Origin: Caecitellus pseudoparvulus
Lineage: Eukaryota > Protista > Bigyra: Bicosoecida
Direction of reading: 5' to 3'
Length of the DNA stretch: 64,000 nucleotides
NCBI GenBank assembly: GCA_965644315.1
Contig: CBFFRQ010000029.1
Coordinates: 1 to 64,000 of the forward strand
Position 1 is the first letter of the stretch, and each line of letters begins with the position of its first letter. The notes below the pieces were generated by a model. That model had not been told where the DNA came from and searched no databases. It worked only from the letters and a program-made list of their open reading frames with translations. Below, piece by piece: positions 34,732 to 48,301 of this stretch. The position numbers and the translations under genes are program-made.

Positions 34732-35636
<905 letters not shown>

Positions 35637-36657
35637 GGCTCAGGCGGCTGTGTGTGTGTGGGAGGCTGCGGCGCTGCTGGGGCAGCTGCCTGACAAGAGC
35701 TTGCTGGAACGACTCCAGGCAGGCGGGGGCTCGTGAGGGGCACGAGGAAGTGCGTCGGCAGGTGGGTCGTGCAGGGGAATGATAGTGAGTGGGGGGGCTG
35801 AAAGGCGCCCTGCGTTGTGGAGGTGGAGGAACCCCCCTCGACAAGCGCTGCCCGCGCTGTCGCCCGCCTCCGCTCTTCGCCGTGTCCCTCGCGCTCAGCC
35901 CCTCGGCTGTCGCTGCCGCCTCCTGGCACCCCAACAGGACGACTCGGAGGGTGCTCTGCTGCGGAGAGCGCTGGCGCAGCGCTGCTGTGCGCCCCCAGGT
36001 GGGGGTTGGGTTGACGCGGATTCCCCCGTCCGCGCACTGCCGCCGATATGCGTTGCATGCCAGCGGGCTCTGGGGCGACCCACGGCCAGGAGCGCGCACC
36101 CACGCTTCTCTGTACTTCACTCAAGGGCCAGGCGTCGCCCTGCTTGCAGATGGGGGGCGGAGGGCTCACTTTGAGGTGCAGCTGCTGCCCCTCGTGAGGC
36201 GACGGCGGGAAACGCAGGATCGGCCAAGTGCCCTGCCTTCCCCGACCCCCGTGGGCACGAGGGCGCGTGCTGAATGACACGGCATGCCACAGTTTGCCCC
36301 GTGCTGCCAGCGACACCCTTGCATCGCGCCACCCATCCGCCATGTGGGTGCTCAGCGACTGGCTGCAGCTCGCGCTGCTTCCTGCGGGGGTAGCACGGCC
36401 ACCTGCGTTCAAGGCGACCCCATTCCTGTCGGGCGGGTCTCCCAAAACACCCCAACTTCACCCCTTCTGCACTGTGGACATGCAGCACACTGCTTCTATC
36501 GGCAGCCCGCTGCTGTCCACGCGACCTTGCAGGGCGTGGTGCGGAACTTGACGCTGCCCACCCGGACGGCGCAGCCACTGCCACGCTGCCCCAGACTTCC
36601 CGTTGAGCGCTGCTTGCTGCCCTTCGGGATTCCATCCACAAGCTGCTGCAACCAGCC

Positions 36658-37056
36658 ATGGATGTCTACCTCAAGAACGCGAAGCAGGGCTGGGCGGAGT
36701 ACCTGAAAACCACTCCTGCACAGGTCCGCCTGTTGGATGCATTTCTGCTCTTTGCGCTGACGACTGCCGCAGTGCTGGTAGTGTACATGTCCCTCGTGGG
36801 GACATTCCCCTTCAACTCTTTCCTGTCCGCGCTTGCAGCGTGCGCGGGCGTCTTCGTGCTCACTGGTGCGTGGCGCTTGGCCGCCTTGCCAGCTGGCGCA
36901 GCGCTGCACACCCGCCTCCTCCCCTGCACAGTGGGCCTGCGCATGCAAGTGACGGACCCTGGCAAGTTCGGCGGCCGATCACAGCAGGCGGCCTTCGCTG
37001 ACTATGTCTTGTGCAACATCGTGCTGTTCCTGGTGACGCTGAACTTCATTGGGTAG
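36658..37056 (+). CDS. DAD1: Oligosaccharyltransferase subunit DAD1/OST2; in-frame 66-nt intron 36866-36931
   Basis: LLDAFL, LVGTFPFNSFLS, FVLT|VGLRMQV and AFADYVLCNIVLFLVTLNFIG at the C-terminus. Confidence 0.94.
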   Translation: MDVYLKNAKQGWAEYLKTTPAQVRLLDAFLLFALTTAAVLVVYMSLVGTFPFNSFLSALAACAGVFVLTGAWRLAALPAGAALHTRLLPCTVGLRMQVTDPGKFGGRSQQAAFADYVLCNIVLFLVTLNFIG

Positions 37057-37149
37057 GCGGCGGCGGCGGCGGCGGGGGCGCTGCCCCCCATCCCCACAAT
37101 GCACACAGCTTTGCCACAGCCTTGCCAGCCCACGGCTGCAGCCAGGGCC

Positions 37150-40100
37150 CTAGGAGCCCGCATCACCAGTTGGCGCCGCCGCCAGCATCTTGGACAGGGC
37201 GTTGATGATCTGCGCAAAGGTCGGCCGCTTGGCGGGGTCCGCCCGCAGGCAGGCCTTGATGACAGCGGCGTAGTCCCGGGGCGCGTCGGCGGGGATGGGC
37301 GGCCGCAGGCCCGCGTTCAGCACGGCGTAGCCCACCTGCATCACCTCCATGCCGCGGTAGGGCACATCCCGCGTGAGCAGCTCCCACAGGTTGATGCCGA
37401 AGGAGAACACATCCGCCTTTTCCGTGTACACGTGCCCCGTGATGACCTCGGGCGCCATCCACTGCATGGTGCCGCACTGCATGGTGTACCGGCTGGTGGA
37501 GGCTGTGTTGGCTTTGAACCGCGCCAGCCCAAAGTCCGCCACCTTCACGGCCCACCGGTCGTCCACGAGGAGGTTCAGCGACTTGAGGTCGCGGTGGATG
37601 ATGACGGGTGTGGACGTGTGCAGGTAGTTCATGCCCCGTGCCGCATCCAGCGCCATCTGCTTGCGCAGGCCCCAAGGCAGGGGCACCTTGGGGTTGTGCA
37701 GCAGGTCGAACAGGTTGCCCCGGGCGCAGTACTCGGTGACCAGGGACAGCGGCTCCGGCACGACGCCCATGAAGAGGACAATGTTGGGGTGGCGCAGGCG
37801 TGTCATGAGGGCCACCTCCGCCTTGAAGTCGGCGACCGCCTTGGCCGCGACGTCCCCCGCGTCCACGCCCGTCGTGCGCGCGGCAGCGGAGGCCACGGGG
37901 CGGTGCAGCAGCTTCTTCACGGCCACATCCGTGCCACGGTACACGCCCCGGAACACCTCTGCGAACCCGCCAGTGCCGATGCGGTCGCCCAGGCGAATAT
38001 CCCGCCAGGGAATCTCCACGTGGCTGCTCCACAGCCCGTCAATGTGCCGCATGAGGCTGGCTGTGCGGGCCTCTGGGCCCCGCTTGGCTGGTGCGGCACC
38101 CCCCGCCGCCCCTGGCTCTGGCGCAGCGGCGCCTGCAGGAGCTGCTGTGCCAGCGGGCGGACCCCACCCCCCCGCCTGCGCGGCATCTGGGGGGGACGCC
38201 GGCTGCCCCGCGGAAGACACTTCGCTGCCTGCTGCCGTCATGAAGGCGCCGGCCCCAGACAGGTGCTGCTGCTCTGCTTGTGCCGCCCCGCCCACGCTGG
38301 CCACCCCCACCACGGCGCTGGCTGCCGCGGAGGGGATGGGCGTGGCGCCTTGGGGTGCCAGCACGGCGTGCGGCTTGGTGGGCGCCGCCCCCTTCAAGCT
38401 GAGCAGGTCGTCGTCGGAGGAGGTGACGGTGGAGGCCAGGGAGGCCATGCTGCCGCCGCGAGCCCCCGCCTCAGCACGGGAGGTGCCTGCTCTGCCCACT
38501 GCTGCGCCGCCGCCCACCTCTGGGTCGCCCTCGGCGCCATGGCGGGGCACAGGGGGTGTGCTGCGGTCCGTGACGGCCAGGACGACGTCCGTCTTGCGCA
38601 GGCCCGTCTTGACCAGCCCCACAACCTCCACTGGCAGCTGCGCTGCGAAGGGGTCATCCCACGTGCCGCCCTGTGCTGGCGCGCCGCCCACCGTGCCCCA
38701 CCCGTCGTCCGTGGGCGCAGACTTGTCTGCGAGGCCAGCAAAAGCGTCCTCGTGGCCGCCTGGACGACCCGGGTTCTCGAAGGGGTCATCCTGGGGCGGG
38801 GACACTGCATGGTCCGCCACAGCGTCTGCGCGGGAGGGCGAGAAGGTCACTGGGGACGACTCGTCGCCGCCAGCGGCGGCGCCCTCCGCTCCTTGCCCGG
38901 CCTGCAGCAGGGAAGCCTTCAGCACGTACTTGCACAAGGGGAAGCCTGCAGACGCCAGCTTGGCTGGATCGTGGCTGCCGTCACTGGGCGTGGCAGGCGA
39001 CACGTACCGCCGGGAGACGTACTTGGCCCTCACCCACGCACTGCGGCTGACCATGTCTGCCCGCGGCGCCGGCGCAGAGGGCGCCCCTGGCTCCCGGCGC
39101 TTCACCTCTGTGTAGTTTGCTAGCCAGAACTCGTTGCTGCGCTGGTTGCCAATGGTCAGCAGCTGCCTGAGCCAGGAGACTTCGGGGTCGTCCAGGGTCA
39201 GGCTGCGCACCTTGGACACGTGTGTGCCCAGCTGTCGGTGCACACCGGAGCAGGACAGGCACAGCAGCACGCCCAAGTTGATGCTGGCCCACTTGGGCCG
39301 CGGCGCCGAGCACTCAGCACACCGCTCATGGCCGGGCATGGACCACACCAGTGCCAGGGCTTGCTGGATGTTGAAGCTGGCGTCGGGCTGCTCCAGCAGA
39401 CGCTGCGCCGTGCTGTCTGTCAAGAGGGACGTCGCCCGGGCGCAAATCCACGCTGACGGGTCCATGCAACCGCCTGCCTCGCTCGGTGCCCCCTCCCCGC
39501 CGCGCCCCGCCGCTGCACCCCCCGAGAAGCGCTTGAAGAAGCGCTTGGCCGCCGCTGTCATGCCCTCCTCTGCAACAGGCGGGGAGACGGGGCGCTGGCC
39601 GGCGGCAGCCGCCTCGTCACCGCTGTCTTCGTCCTCCCCCCACTCGCCATCCCCGCGCTGCAGGGGGACGGGCGCACCCAGCCCCGCCCCCGTCGCGATG
39701 TGGGCGCCGCGGCGCAGGCCCGGGATGCCCTCGTCCGCTGTGCGCACGCTCTCATCGTGAAAGTCCCCGTGGCCGTCGTGCGCCTCCACGGCACGGCTCG
39801 CAACCGGCAGGGGCGAGCCCAGGGCCGGCACCACTAGCGCTGCGCGCGGCCCCGACGATGACGCCAGCAGCTCGGCGGCAGTGGCAGGGTCCTCAAAGGG
39901 GCTGCCTGCCGGCAGTTCAGGCAGCCCATCCAGCACATCCAAGCAAGGGTGCACGCCAGCGCGGGTGGCCCGGGCCACGGCGCCGTGCACAGTGCGCAGC
40001 TCAGCCAGCGTGCGGTCCAGGGCAGCACACAGCTCGTCCAACTTGCGGCTGGCAGCGGTGCGCTGTGGGGCTGCTCCGCCATTCACCACCCCTGCGGCAG

Positions 40101-42686
40101 CTCGCATGCGCTGGGCCCGCAGCTGCAGCAGGATGGCCAGCTGCGCGCGGAAGGCGTTCCATGTCTCCCGCAGCAGGGGCTGGGCACTGCCAAAGACGCA
40201 GGCCTCCACAGGCCCAACAGGCCACTCCCGCCCCGACAGGACGCCAGAAGACGCGCCACTCCCATTTCCCGGCGACGTGACGCTGCCCTTGCGTGTCGTG
40301 CCCAGCACTGCCACGACAGAGCGCACTGCCGGGTCGGTGATGCCCGTGCCGACGCGGTGTGTGGCCATCAGCGAGCCAATGTACGTCTGCAGGGCGGCAG
40401 CGACCTGGATGGAGACGTACCCACTCGGCAGTTTGCTGCTGACTGACACGTCCCCCGTCAAGGCGATGACCTCTCCAGGCGACCCGTGGCCCGACGTGAG
40501 CAGGGGGGAGAAGTCAGGGTGGTCCCCATGCAGGCGCACCTTGCTCCCCAGCATGTCTCCGTACGCGGCGACGTAGCCAGCCAGCTCCCCCTCCCCAGCA
40601 GGGCAGGACTGTGCTAAGCCACCTGCCGCCGCGGCAAAGGTCGACGCTGCAGCTGCCCACGTGTTCACGAGCTGCTGCAGGTGACCAGCCACTGCCTGTG
40701 CTGAGGCGAGGGCGTGCGGCGGGCCCTGCTGCCACAGCCGCAGCAGGAGGACACAAGCCTTGATGGCCACGACAGGGTCCGTGCTCAGGGGCAGGCGCCC
40801 GACATTGGTGTAGGTGCCGGTGGCACTGCCACTCTCGTACGCGTCTGTGATGAGGCGGCGGACGTACTTGGCCTTGGGCGGGCCGGGCGTCAGGCCGGAT
40901 GTCGCCTTGATCGCCCACCGTCGCTTCTCCTGGTTCCCCCCAAACAACTGCATCATGCGAGTCTGCATCGTCTCCATGACGCTGGCCGCCGTGCCGCCCC
41001 CTACACTGCCGCGGCGGGTGCCACTGCCGCCTGCACTGCCTCGCTTGCTGCCCCCCGTGGCGCCCTGGGCGGGCTGGGCAGGTGGGGCTTGACCAGACCC
41101 AGCGACAGGCCCTCCACGGGCTTCCCCAGCCCAGAACTCTTCCTCCTCCCCCGCACCCTCACCTGCACCCCAGGGGTCCTGGCCAGGGGAGGCTGCCAGC
41201 GTGCGCTGGAACCCGCCACCACCCTGCCCCAGCAGGCTCGCTGTGCCGCTGGCGCGAGGCGACACACGCTGCGACCCGAGAGGCAGCAAGTCTGTAGGCT
41301 GCAGGCTCCCACGTGACTTTGGAGCCGTGGGTGGCTCGGCGACTTGAGGGGCCGGGGCTGCAGCGAGGCTGGCAGCTGACGCCACAGTGCGCCGGTGCCG
41401 AGCGGGCCACTCCCGACAGGTGCCGCTGCCCTGGACGATGACATCGGCCACACTTGGGCGGTCTGTCGGTTGGTACGTCAAGCATGCACGCATGAGTGCG
41501 ATGGCCTCTGGCGAGTAGCCGTGCCCCGTCGGGACCTTCACGCGCCCCGACAGAATGCCCATGCGCTGCGCGTTCCCCGCCGAGTCCTCAAAGGGAGTGA
41601 CGTGGAACATGAGCTTGTACAGCACGACCCCGAGGGCCCAAACGTCCACGGCCGGCCCCACGCGGAGCCGCGCGTGCAGGTCAGCAAGCTCAGGAGCGCG
41701 ATAGTGTGAGGTTGTCGTGCGGTCCACCACATCCTCCATGCGGGTGATGTCAGCACCCCGGCTCAGGCTGCCTTGCCACGTGGAACACGAGCCGAAGTCA
41801 CACAGCTTGGTGATGCTGTCTGCAGTGTACTTCGTGTCGGTGAGCAGCATGTTTTCCAGCTTGATGTCTCGATGGGCGATGGGCGGGCTCTGGCTGTGCA
41901 AGTACTCCACCGCTGCCGCTGCATCAGCAAAGCGGGCCAGGACCACCGCCTCAGGCAGCTTCGCCCCACTCTCTCCAGCTCTGATGACTTCGTGAATGAC
42001 CGCTCCTCCTGTGGCAGTGGACAGGAGCGACCGGGTTGTGAGCGCAGCCTGCTCTCGCGCACTGAGCGGCTCGCCGTGTACCTGCGCAGTGCTCCAACAC
42101 CATGTCAAACTCTGTGAACCCTTCTGCTGACAACACCTGGTGTTGAAGCAGGCGAACGATGTGAGGGTGTGGCGGCAGTGCCGTCTGTGAGGTGGGGCGC
42201 AGGAGCCAGTGGTGTGGGCTGCAGGCGAAACGCCAGAGAATGGTCCGTCTCCCGCTGAGGTCTGCTGGGCAGGCCTGCACAGAGCGGCGTCGTGTCTCAC
42301 AAGGATCTTAATTTCACTCCTGCACCGGCAGTGGGGGGGGTACTCGTGAGTATTGTGCACGCCGCGCACGCCGTGAGCTTGCTTGTCTGCTCGTCCGCGC
42401 CAGGCTGAAACGCGAGGGTCAGGCCTTACCTTGCCAACGCTAGGTTGATGCTGTTGTCGCTGGCGATCTTCATGCGCTTGATTACGACTGTGGAACCTCT
42501 CCTTTCAGCATCTTCGGCCAAGTAGACGTAGGCGAACCCGCCTGCGTCGGAAAGAAGGTGGTCAGCTTGACTGGGCAGAGCTGGCGTGCTGAGCGCAGGG
42601 TCGGCGCCCGCACCTTCAGCCAGCAGCTCCTTGATGCGCAGACTCCGCCCAGACACACTGACAAGGCGCCCAGACACATTGCCCAT
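37150..42686 (-). CDS. Multidomain dual kinase: NAK-family (AAK1/Ark1-like) kinase + ANTH-like + ArfGAP + C-terminal TKL (Raf-like) kinase; four introns in the 5' region
   Basis: Spliced N-terminus MGN...LAEGGFAYVYLA...VIKRM...SEIKILTALPPHPHIV...LEHCAGG, then PPIAHRDIKLENML, LCDFGS, TTSHYRAPE and DVWALG. ANTH-like KATSGLTPGPPKAKYVRRLI...DPVVAIKACVLLLRLWQQGP. ArfGAP CAEC...WASINLGVLLCLSCSGVHRQLGTHVSKVRSLTLD. TKL IGTGGFAEV, VAVKK, HRDLKSLNLL, VADFGLAR and GTMQWMAPE. Confidence 0.9.
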
Positions 42687-43031
42687 GACCTCTCAGGGGG
42701 CCAGGCCACAGCTTAGAGCAGGCTTGTCCCGGAGGGCACCGGCTCTGGCACCGCGTGAGAGCGCCTCACAGAGGCAACGGCAGGCTGATGTAGTTGAGGC
42801 AGCACCGGCGATGCAGGGCAAGCCAAAGATACGCAAGGAATTCACGCTGCTGCACAGTCGCACACAGACTTGTGAAGCTGTTGTGTAGGCAATGTTTTGG
42901 TGGGTTATGAAGACTGTTTCCTCGTGCTGAAGGCTCCCTGTTCGTTGGTTGGCATTCGCTCGAGGGTTTCACATCAAAACACCCTCGGCCCGGGCCGGGT
43001 TCACTTCTTCGGGTCTCAGCATTTCCGTGTC

Positions 43032-46000
43032 ATGGCTCTTGCTGCGAGATTGGTGCACGAGCGCGTGCTGGCCGGGAGCGATGGCTCGCGGCTGCCCACA
43101 GCCGAGCCCTTGCTGTCCAGGGGCGAAGGAGGGCTGCCTAGGCTGCTGGCAAAGGGCTACAACGCCTTGCCCCCTTCGAGGCACAGTAGTGTGCCCAGAG
43201 CGGGGTCAGCAAGCTCTTTGGCCACCTTCGGGATTCGGCCACTGGAAGAAAGCCAGCCTTTGAAGAAATGCTGGGTGAACCCGCTGCGCACAGCAACGCG
43301 GCAGTGCTTCACATGCGCCAAGTACGACCCGAGCGGCACCGGGTACTACTGCGAAGAAAGTTTCATCGATGCTCATCCATGGTGCGCTTTGCCATGGTCG
43401 CTGCTGTGCTGCAGCTTGCGGAGCACCCCGCGCGCTGGCGTTTCCCAGGCACCGCATGAATCACAACTGGGTGTACATCGTGCAAAAGCCGGCCCCGCCC
43501 AAGCCGCCCAAGCTTACAGGTGCAGAGCAGATGTATCATGGAGCCGCTGATCTGCTGGAGCAGACCAAGGAACAGAGGCACGAGCTCAACCAGGCGGACG
43601 AGGGCGCAAGCGTGAGTGGGCGCAGCTCATTGACCCGCTCCTGAAACGCCGAGGAAACGCCGCTGTCTTCAATGTGCACAGACTCAAGAAGGCAGAAGAG
43701 GGGCTGCTCAAGCATGTGACTCGCTCATGCTGCGCATGTTGTGAGTTCGCACGCCTGTGCATGCTACGCTGGGTCTGGGCGCCGCGCACCCGCCCGCGCC
43801 TGGCGCTGCAGGGACCTCATGGAGACTTTGAGGGATGACTCGAAGCGGCAGCAGAACCTCGCCGCACTGAGGATTCAGCTGGCAACTCGCAGCCACCAGG
43901 CGTGGCGAGTGGCTAGAAGCCGCTTCCGCCTCAGGTGGAACCAGGTCTACGACGAAACGCGGGGGACACACTTCTTCGTTGACCGTGTCACCGGAGAGCA
44001 GCGCTGGGAACGGCCTCGACTGGCAGGCATCCCTGTTCCCATTCCTGACATGCCTTCTCGCCTTGCAGAGGACATGGGCCAAGACGAAGCAGCTGGAATC
44101 ATCGTGGGCATGTTCCGGGCTTCCCATGCCCGTCGCACAGTTGCTCTGCTCGCACGCGCCGTGTTCAAGGTCGTGCGGGACCCGGCGACAAATCAGAAGT
44201 ACTATTTCAACACAAAGACAGGATTGAGTTCGTGGAAGCGCCCTAAGCTTCTGGGTCCCGAGCGAAAGCGGGTTAAGGCGCTGCGAACTCGCCGCACCGG
44301 CCGCAAGTTGTCACAGCGCAGCACAAGCCGCATGCGTTCCATGCGCAGCACTGTCCGGGCCTCCACTGCACCTCGACCCAAAAGCAGTAAGGTTCGCATG
44401 GGGCGGCGGGCGCAAGATCTGGACGCGGATCAGGCAGCGACGAAGCTGCAAGCGTGGGCCCGCTGGGTCCGCTCGCGCTCTGTCGTGGTGCAGGCGTGCT
44501 TGCAGGTGTATCAAAAGGTGTACGACTCCAGTGCAGACGCCTACTTCTACTTCAACACCCGCCTGGAAACGTCAAGTTGGAGAAAGCCCACTGCTCTGGG
44601 CAGCCATGACGTCGACGTTGTAGGCACAGACAGGCCGAACTCAGGGCGCGTTCGCACAGGCCGAAAGGCCGCAGACCTCTCCCCTGCAGCTGCAGCTGCC
44701 ACGATTGTCTCTGCCCTCCGCATGCACCATGCAAGGCAGACTATACTGAAGACAGCTGCTGCGACGTGGGAGTCTGTCTGGTCAGAAGAGCACGGAGACT
44801 ACTTTTTCTACAACAGCCAAACAGGCGCGAGTGTGTGGGAGCAGCCGATCTTGCTCACCCTTGCGGGGCAGCGGGGGCTTGTCCGTGACCCTGCCAGCCA
44901 CGGCCAAGCCACTTCAGGAAGCGGCATGCGTGCACAGGGCGCGCGACTTCGCACGGCCCGTCGAGCGGAGAACCTGTCCGAGGTCCAGGCAGCTATCATC
45001 CTGCAGGCTTTCGCGCGAGCGGTGCTCAGTCGTGGAGCCTTTCGCACCCGGGCCGCCGAAGTGTACGAAAAGTGCACAGATCCCGAGTACATGGCCCCAT
45101 ACTACTTTAATCGCAGTACGTTCGAGAGCTCTTGGGAGAAGCCGCAGGTGTTCCGCCGCTGGGACTTGCCGTTGTGCTCAGAGTCCGACTCCATTTCACT
45201 GCAAATGCGCACGAGCGGCCGGGTCTTCCCTAGACTTGGGCGGCGGGCAAAAGACCTCTCCACAGAACGAGCGGCGAGGAAAATCCAGAGCATGGTGCGC
45301 ATGCGACAGGGCTGGCTTGCAGCCGTGCGTCAGGCTAGAACATGCCTGGAAAAGGTGTGGAGCGATGAGTACGGGGCGTACTACTACCACAACAAAGCCA
45401 CCGACGAGGCGTTTTGGGCGAAGCCTGCTCTTTTGGGTGGACACGAAATAGCCCCCACCCCTCGATCCCACGCGTCCGCTGTAGCCGCAGGGGCAGAGCC
45501 AGCGTCTGGCCCACTGCCAGGCAGTGCTGTCAGGCTCACCCCTCGAGGGACGAATTTGATCCTCGGGCCACCTGGTCCACCACCCCGACAGGAACTTGGG
45601 GGCGTTCGACGAGCCTTTGAGCTCGGAGAAGACGAAGCTGCTGTGATCGTGCAGCGGTGGACGCGAGGCGCGCTCGCGCGAAAGCGCACACGGCACCTCA
45701 TTCGCCACAGCTTTGAACGGGTGTGGGATGAGTCATACCAAGCGCACTACTTCTTCAACAAGTTGACAGGGGAAAGTGCATGGGACACTCCAGCCCTCAT
45801 CGTTCGCCTGTTCGGGTCGAGTGCCACGCTGCTGGACACTCCCCGCAACAAGGCATTGTCGGTGCGGCTGGGGGTTCGGCCGCGCCACAAGCCGCCACGC
45901 ACCGGGCGCCGAGCACATGACCTATCAGAAGCTGCTGCGTGCCTGAAGTTGCAGTCCGCCGTGCGCATGTTTGCGGCTCGGCGTCTTGCTCTTGCCCTGC

Positions 46001-48141
46001 TCCATGCTCGCGTTCGCAAAGTGTGGCACGCGGAGCACGGGGCGTACTTCTACCACGACACGCTGCGTCATGCTGCGACATGGTTCAAACCAGCCATTCT
46101 GCGCCATGCAGACATGCGTGAATCCTCCATGCAGGCGCTCGTCGCTGAGGTTCGGCGACTGCAGCCTCAGTTCGCCCTCGCAAGTGACGCAGACACCGCT
46201 GCCGCTTCCTGCCCAGCTGAAGGCCTACCTTCAATCTCTGAGCTGTCCTCCCAGGCAGCCTCTCGGATCACAACAGCCCGTGCATCGATTGAGCCTGTGC
46301 AAAGCGCACCATCGTCAGCCCCCCCGACTTGGCGGCCAGACTGGGACCGGCTTCTGGCGCACCCGAGCGGCCGTGTGCTGCCCGCGAATGCTGTGGAGCT
46401 TCCCCCACACCGGGTGAAGGAGCTGCACCTTCGCCAGTTGCGCGTGTTCTCCTTGAAGCACGCTCCCCAGCTTGCCGACCAGCTGGAAGCGTTGTGGAGT
46501 TCACAGGGCGTGCACATTTGGTCCCATCTCGAAGGGCAGTTCCCAGGACAGCTGGGCGCCTTTCGAGCAACGGCCACGCAGCAAGTCGAGCATGCTGCCT
46601 CCAAGTTGGCAGAAGCTGTTGCCACTTCTTTGGAGGGAAAGAAACAGGGAGGGCTCGCAGGGGACAGCAGCGGCATGGTGTCGGCGGCTCGGAAAGCTGC
46701 TGCGGAGCGGGGAGCCGGTCCCCGACACAGTGTGTCTTTCGCAGCGCTCGCCAGCAGTGTGCGCCGGGTGCAGCCAAAGGTGTTGGGGGACCCAGTGAAG
46801 CGATTCCAGCACCGGGAAGAAGAGGTCAGGGCCACAACGCCTTTGGACCATTTGTTCCCTTCCGGCCTGGGTATTGCGCCAATCCAGGAAGAAGACGGGG
46901 ACGATGGCACCAGCGACGGCGTGAGCACACAAGTCTCCAGCAGGGCAAGTTTGGCCGATGAAGCGCAGCAGGGAGCCTACTCCGAGAGAAAGGCTGAGAG
47001 CATTGATGCTGCGCGAGCGTTTTTCGCATCCCTGAGCAGCCGCTCGACCCGCGGACGAGGCAAGGGGCGAAGCATTGGAGCTGCAGCAGAGGAGGTGGTC
47101 CCCATGCACCGCGCCTCGGAAGCCTCCACCCCCAGGCCAGGCAAGGAGGAAGCAACTGCGATGGCTCAAGGCTCCAATCTTGCCGCCTCTGCAGTGGTCC
47201 CGAGGAATGTGGCTTTCGCCAGCACCGTGGGGCATGTTGAAGTTGCAGCCCCAGTTCCTCAACCACTTCCAGCACAGGGCAGTGTCAGCGACCCCAAGGC
47301 TGGGCCAGCGACCAGCGGAGCAGGGATTCCGGTGGCACGTGAGCCAGGAATGCCCCACCGGCCTTCTGGGCGCGCGGTCTCGGATGACATGTCCAGCGTC
47401 TTGACGAGGGGGTCAGTGCACAGCTTCAAGTCCTTGGACCTGGCGTCGAAGTTGCTATCGTACGACGAAGCAGTGCAGCGCTGGTCAAGGAAGTTCAGCC
47501 AAGAGGAAGGGAGGTTCTACTACCTTGACTCCACAACTGGAGAGTCAAGCTGGGAGAGACCTGGGGACTTGTTGGAGTACGAATTGCCGCTGTCCCCCAA
47601 AACACAGCTGGCATACGACGTGTTCGAGCGTGGGCGGAGAGTCGTTGGCACCGACCGACGCAAAGCAGCCGAGCACATGTCACCGAGTGAAGCAGCTCTG
47701 ATCATCCAGCAAGCTTTCCGATGCCGCAAGGCGTTCAAGGCAGCCAAGTTCAGGGCCCGCCTCTTGTACAAAAAGGCCTTTGATGCAGAAACACGCTCAG
47801 TGTATTATTGGAACGAACGCACTCAGCGATCCACGTGGGTCAAGCCACGCTTTCTTGGCTCTGACGACGTGCGCATGACGCCACGCTCAAAGCTCCCGAA
47901 CTCACCCGCACAAACGACGGCAGGGCGAACCCGCTCAGCAAGGGATGCAGCTCTTATAGTACAAAGCTTTGCTCGCATGGCGCTCGCCAAACGTGAGGCG
48001 CGCAGCCGCTGCAAGGCAATCATGAAGAAAGTCGTGGAGGCAGACGTCGCGTACCCACTGTACGTCAATACCATCACAGGCGAGCGTCTGTGGCACAAGC
48101 CACGCATCTTGGGAAGGGAAGACTTGGAGATCAGCTCCTAG
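43032..48141 (+). CDS. Tandem IQ-WW repeat protein with N-terminal B-box-like Cys/His segment; introns 43382-43448, 43612-43681, 43741-43811
   Basis: Ten IQ-like motifs (AAxxIQxxxR) each followed by a WW-like unit (YY/FxNxxTgessWxKP), plus one extra WW. The N-terminus has CFTC...YYCEESFIDAHPWHRMNH after splicing. Three GT-AG introns join the frames. Confidence 0.85.
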
Positions 48142-48301
48142 CGCCAAGGAACGCAGGAGCTCAGAGAAAAAGTGCATTGACAGCTAAAGCAAGGGGTTGG
48201 CGCTGCCACGGAAGTGGTCAGCAAAAATGCACGCACGTGCTTCAGAGGAGCCAAACGCGGAAATGAAGCAGCGGGTGCGTGCATGTAGAAGGTGAAGGTG
48301 C

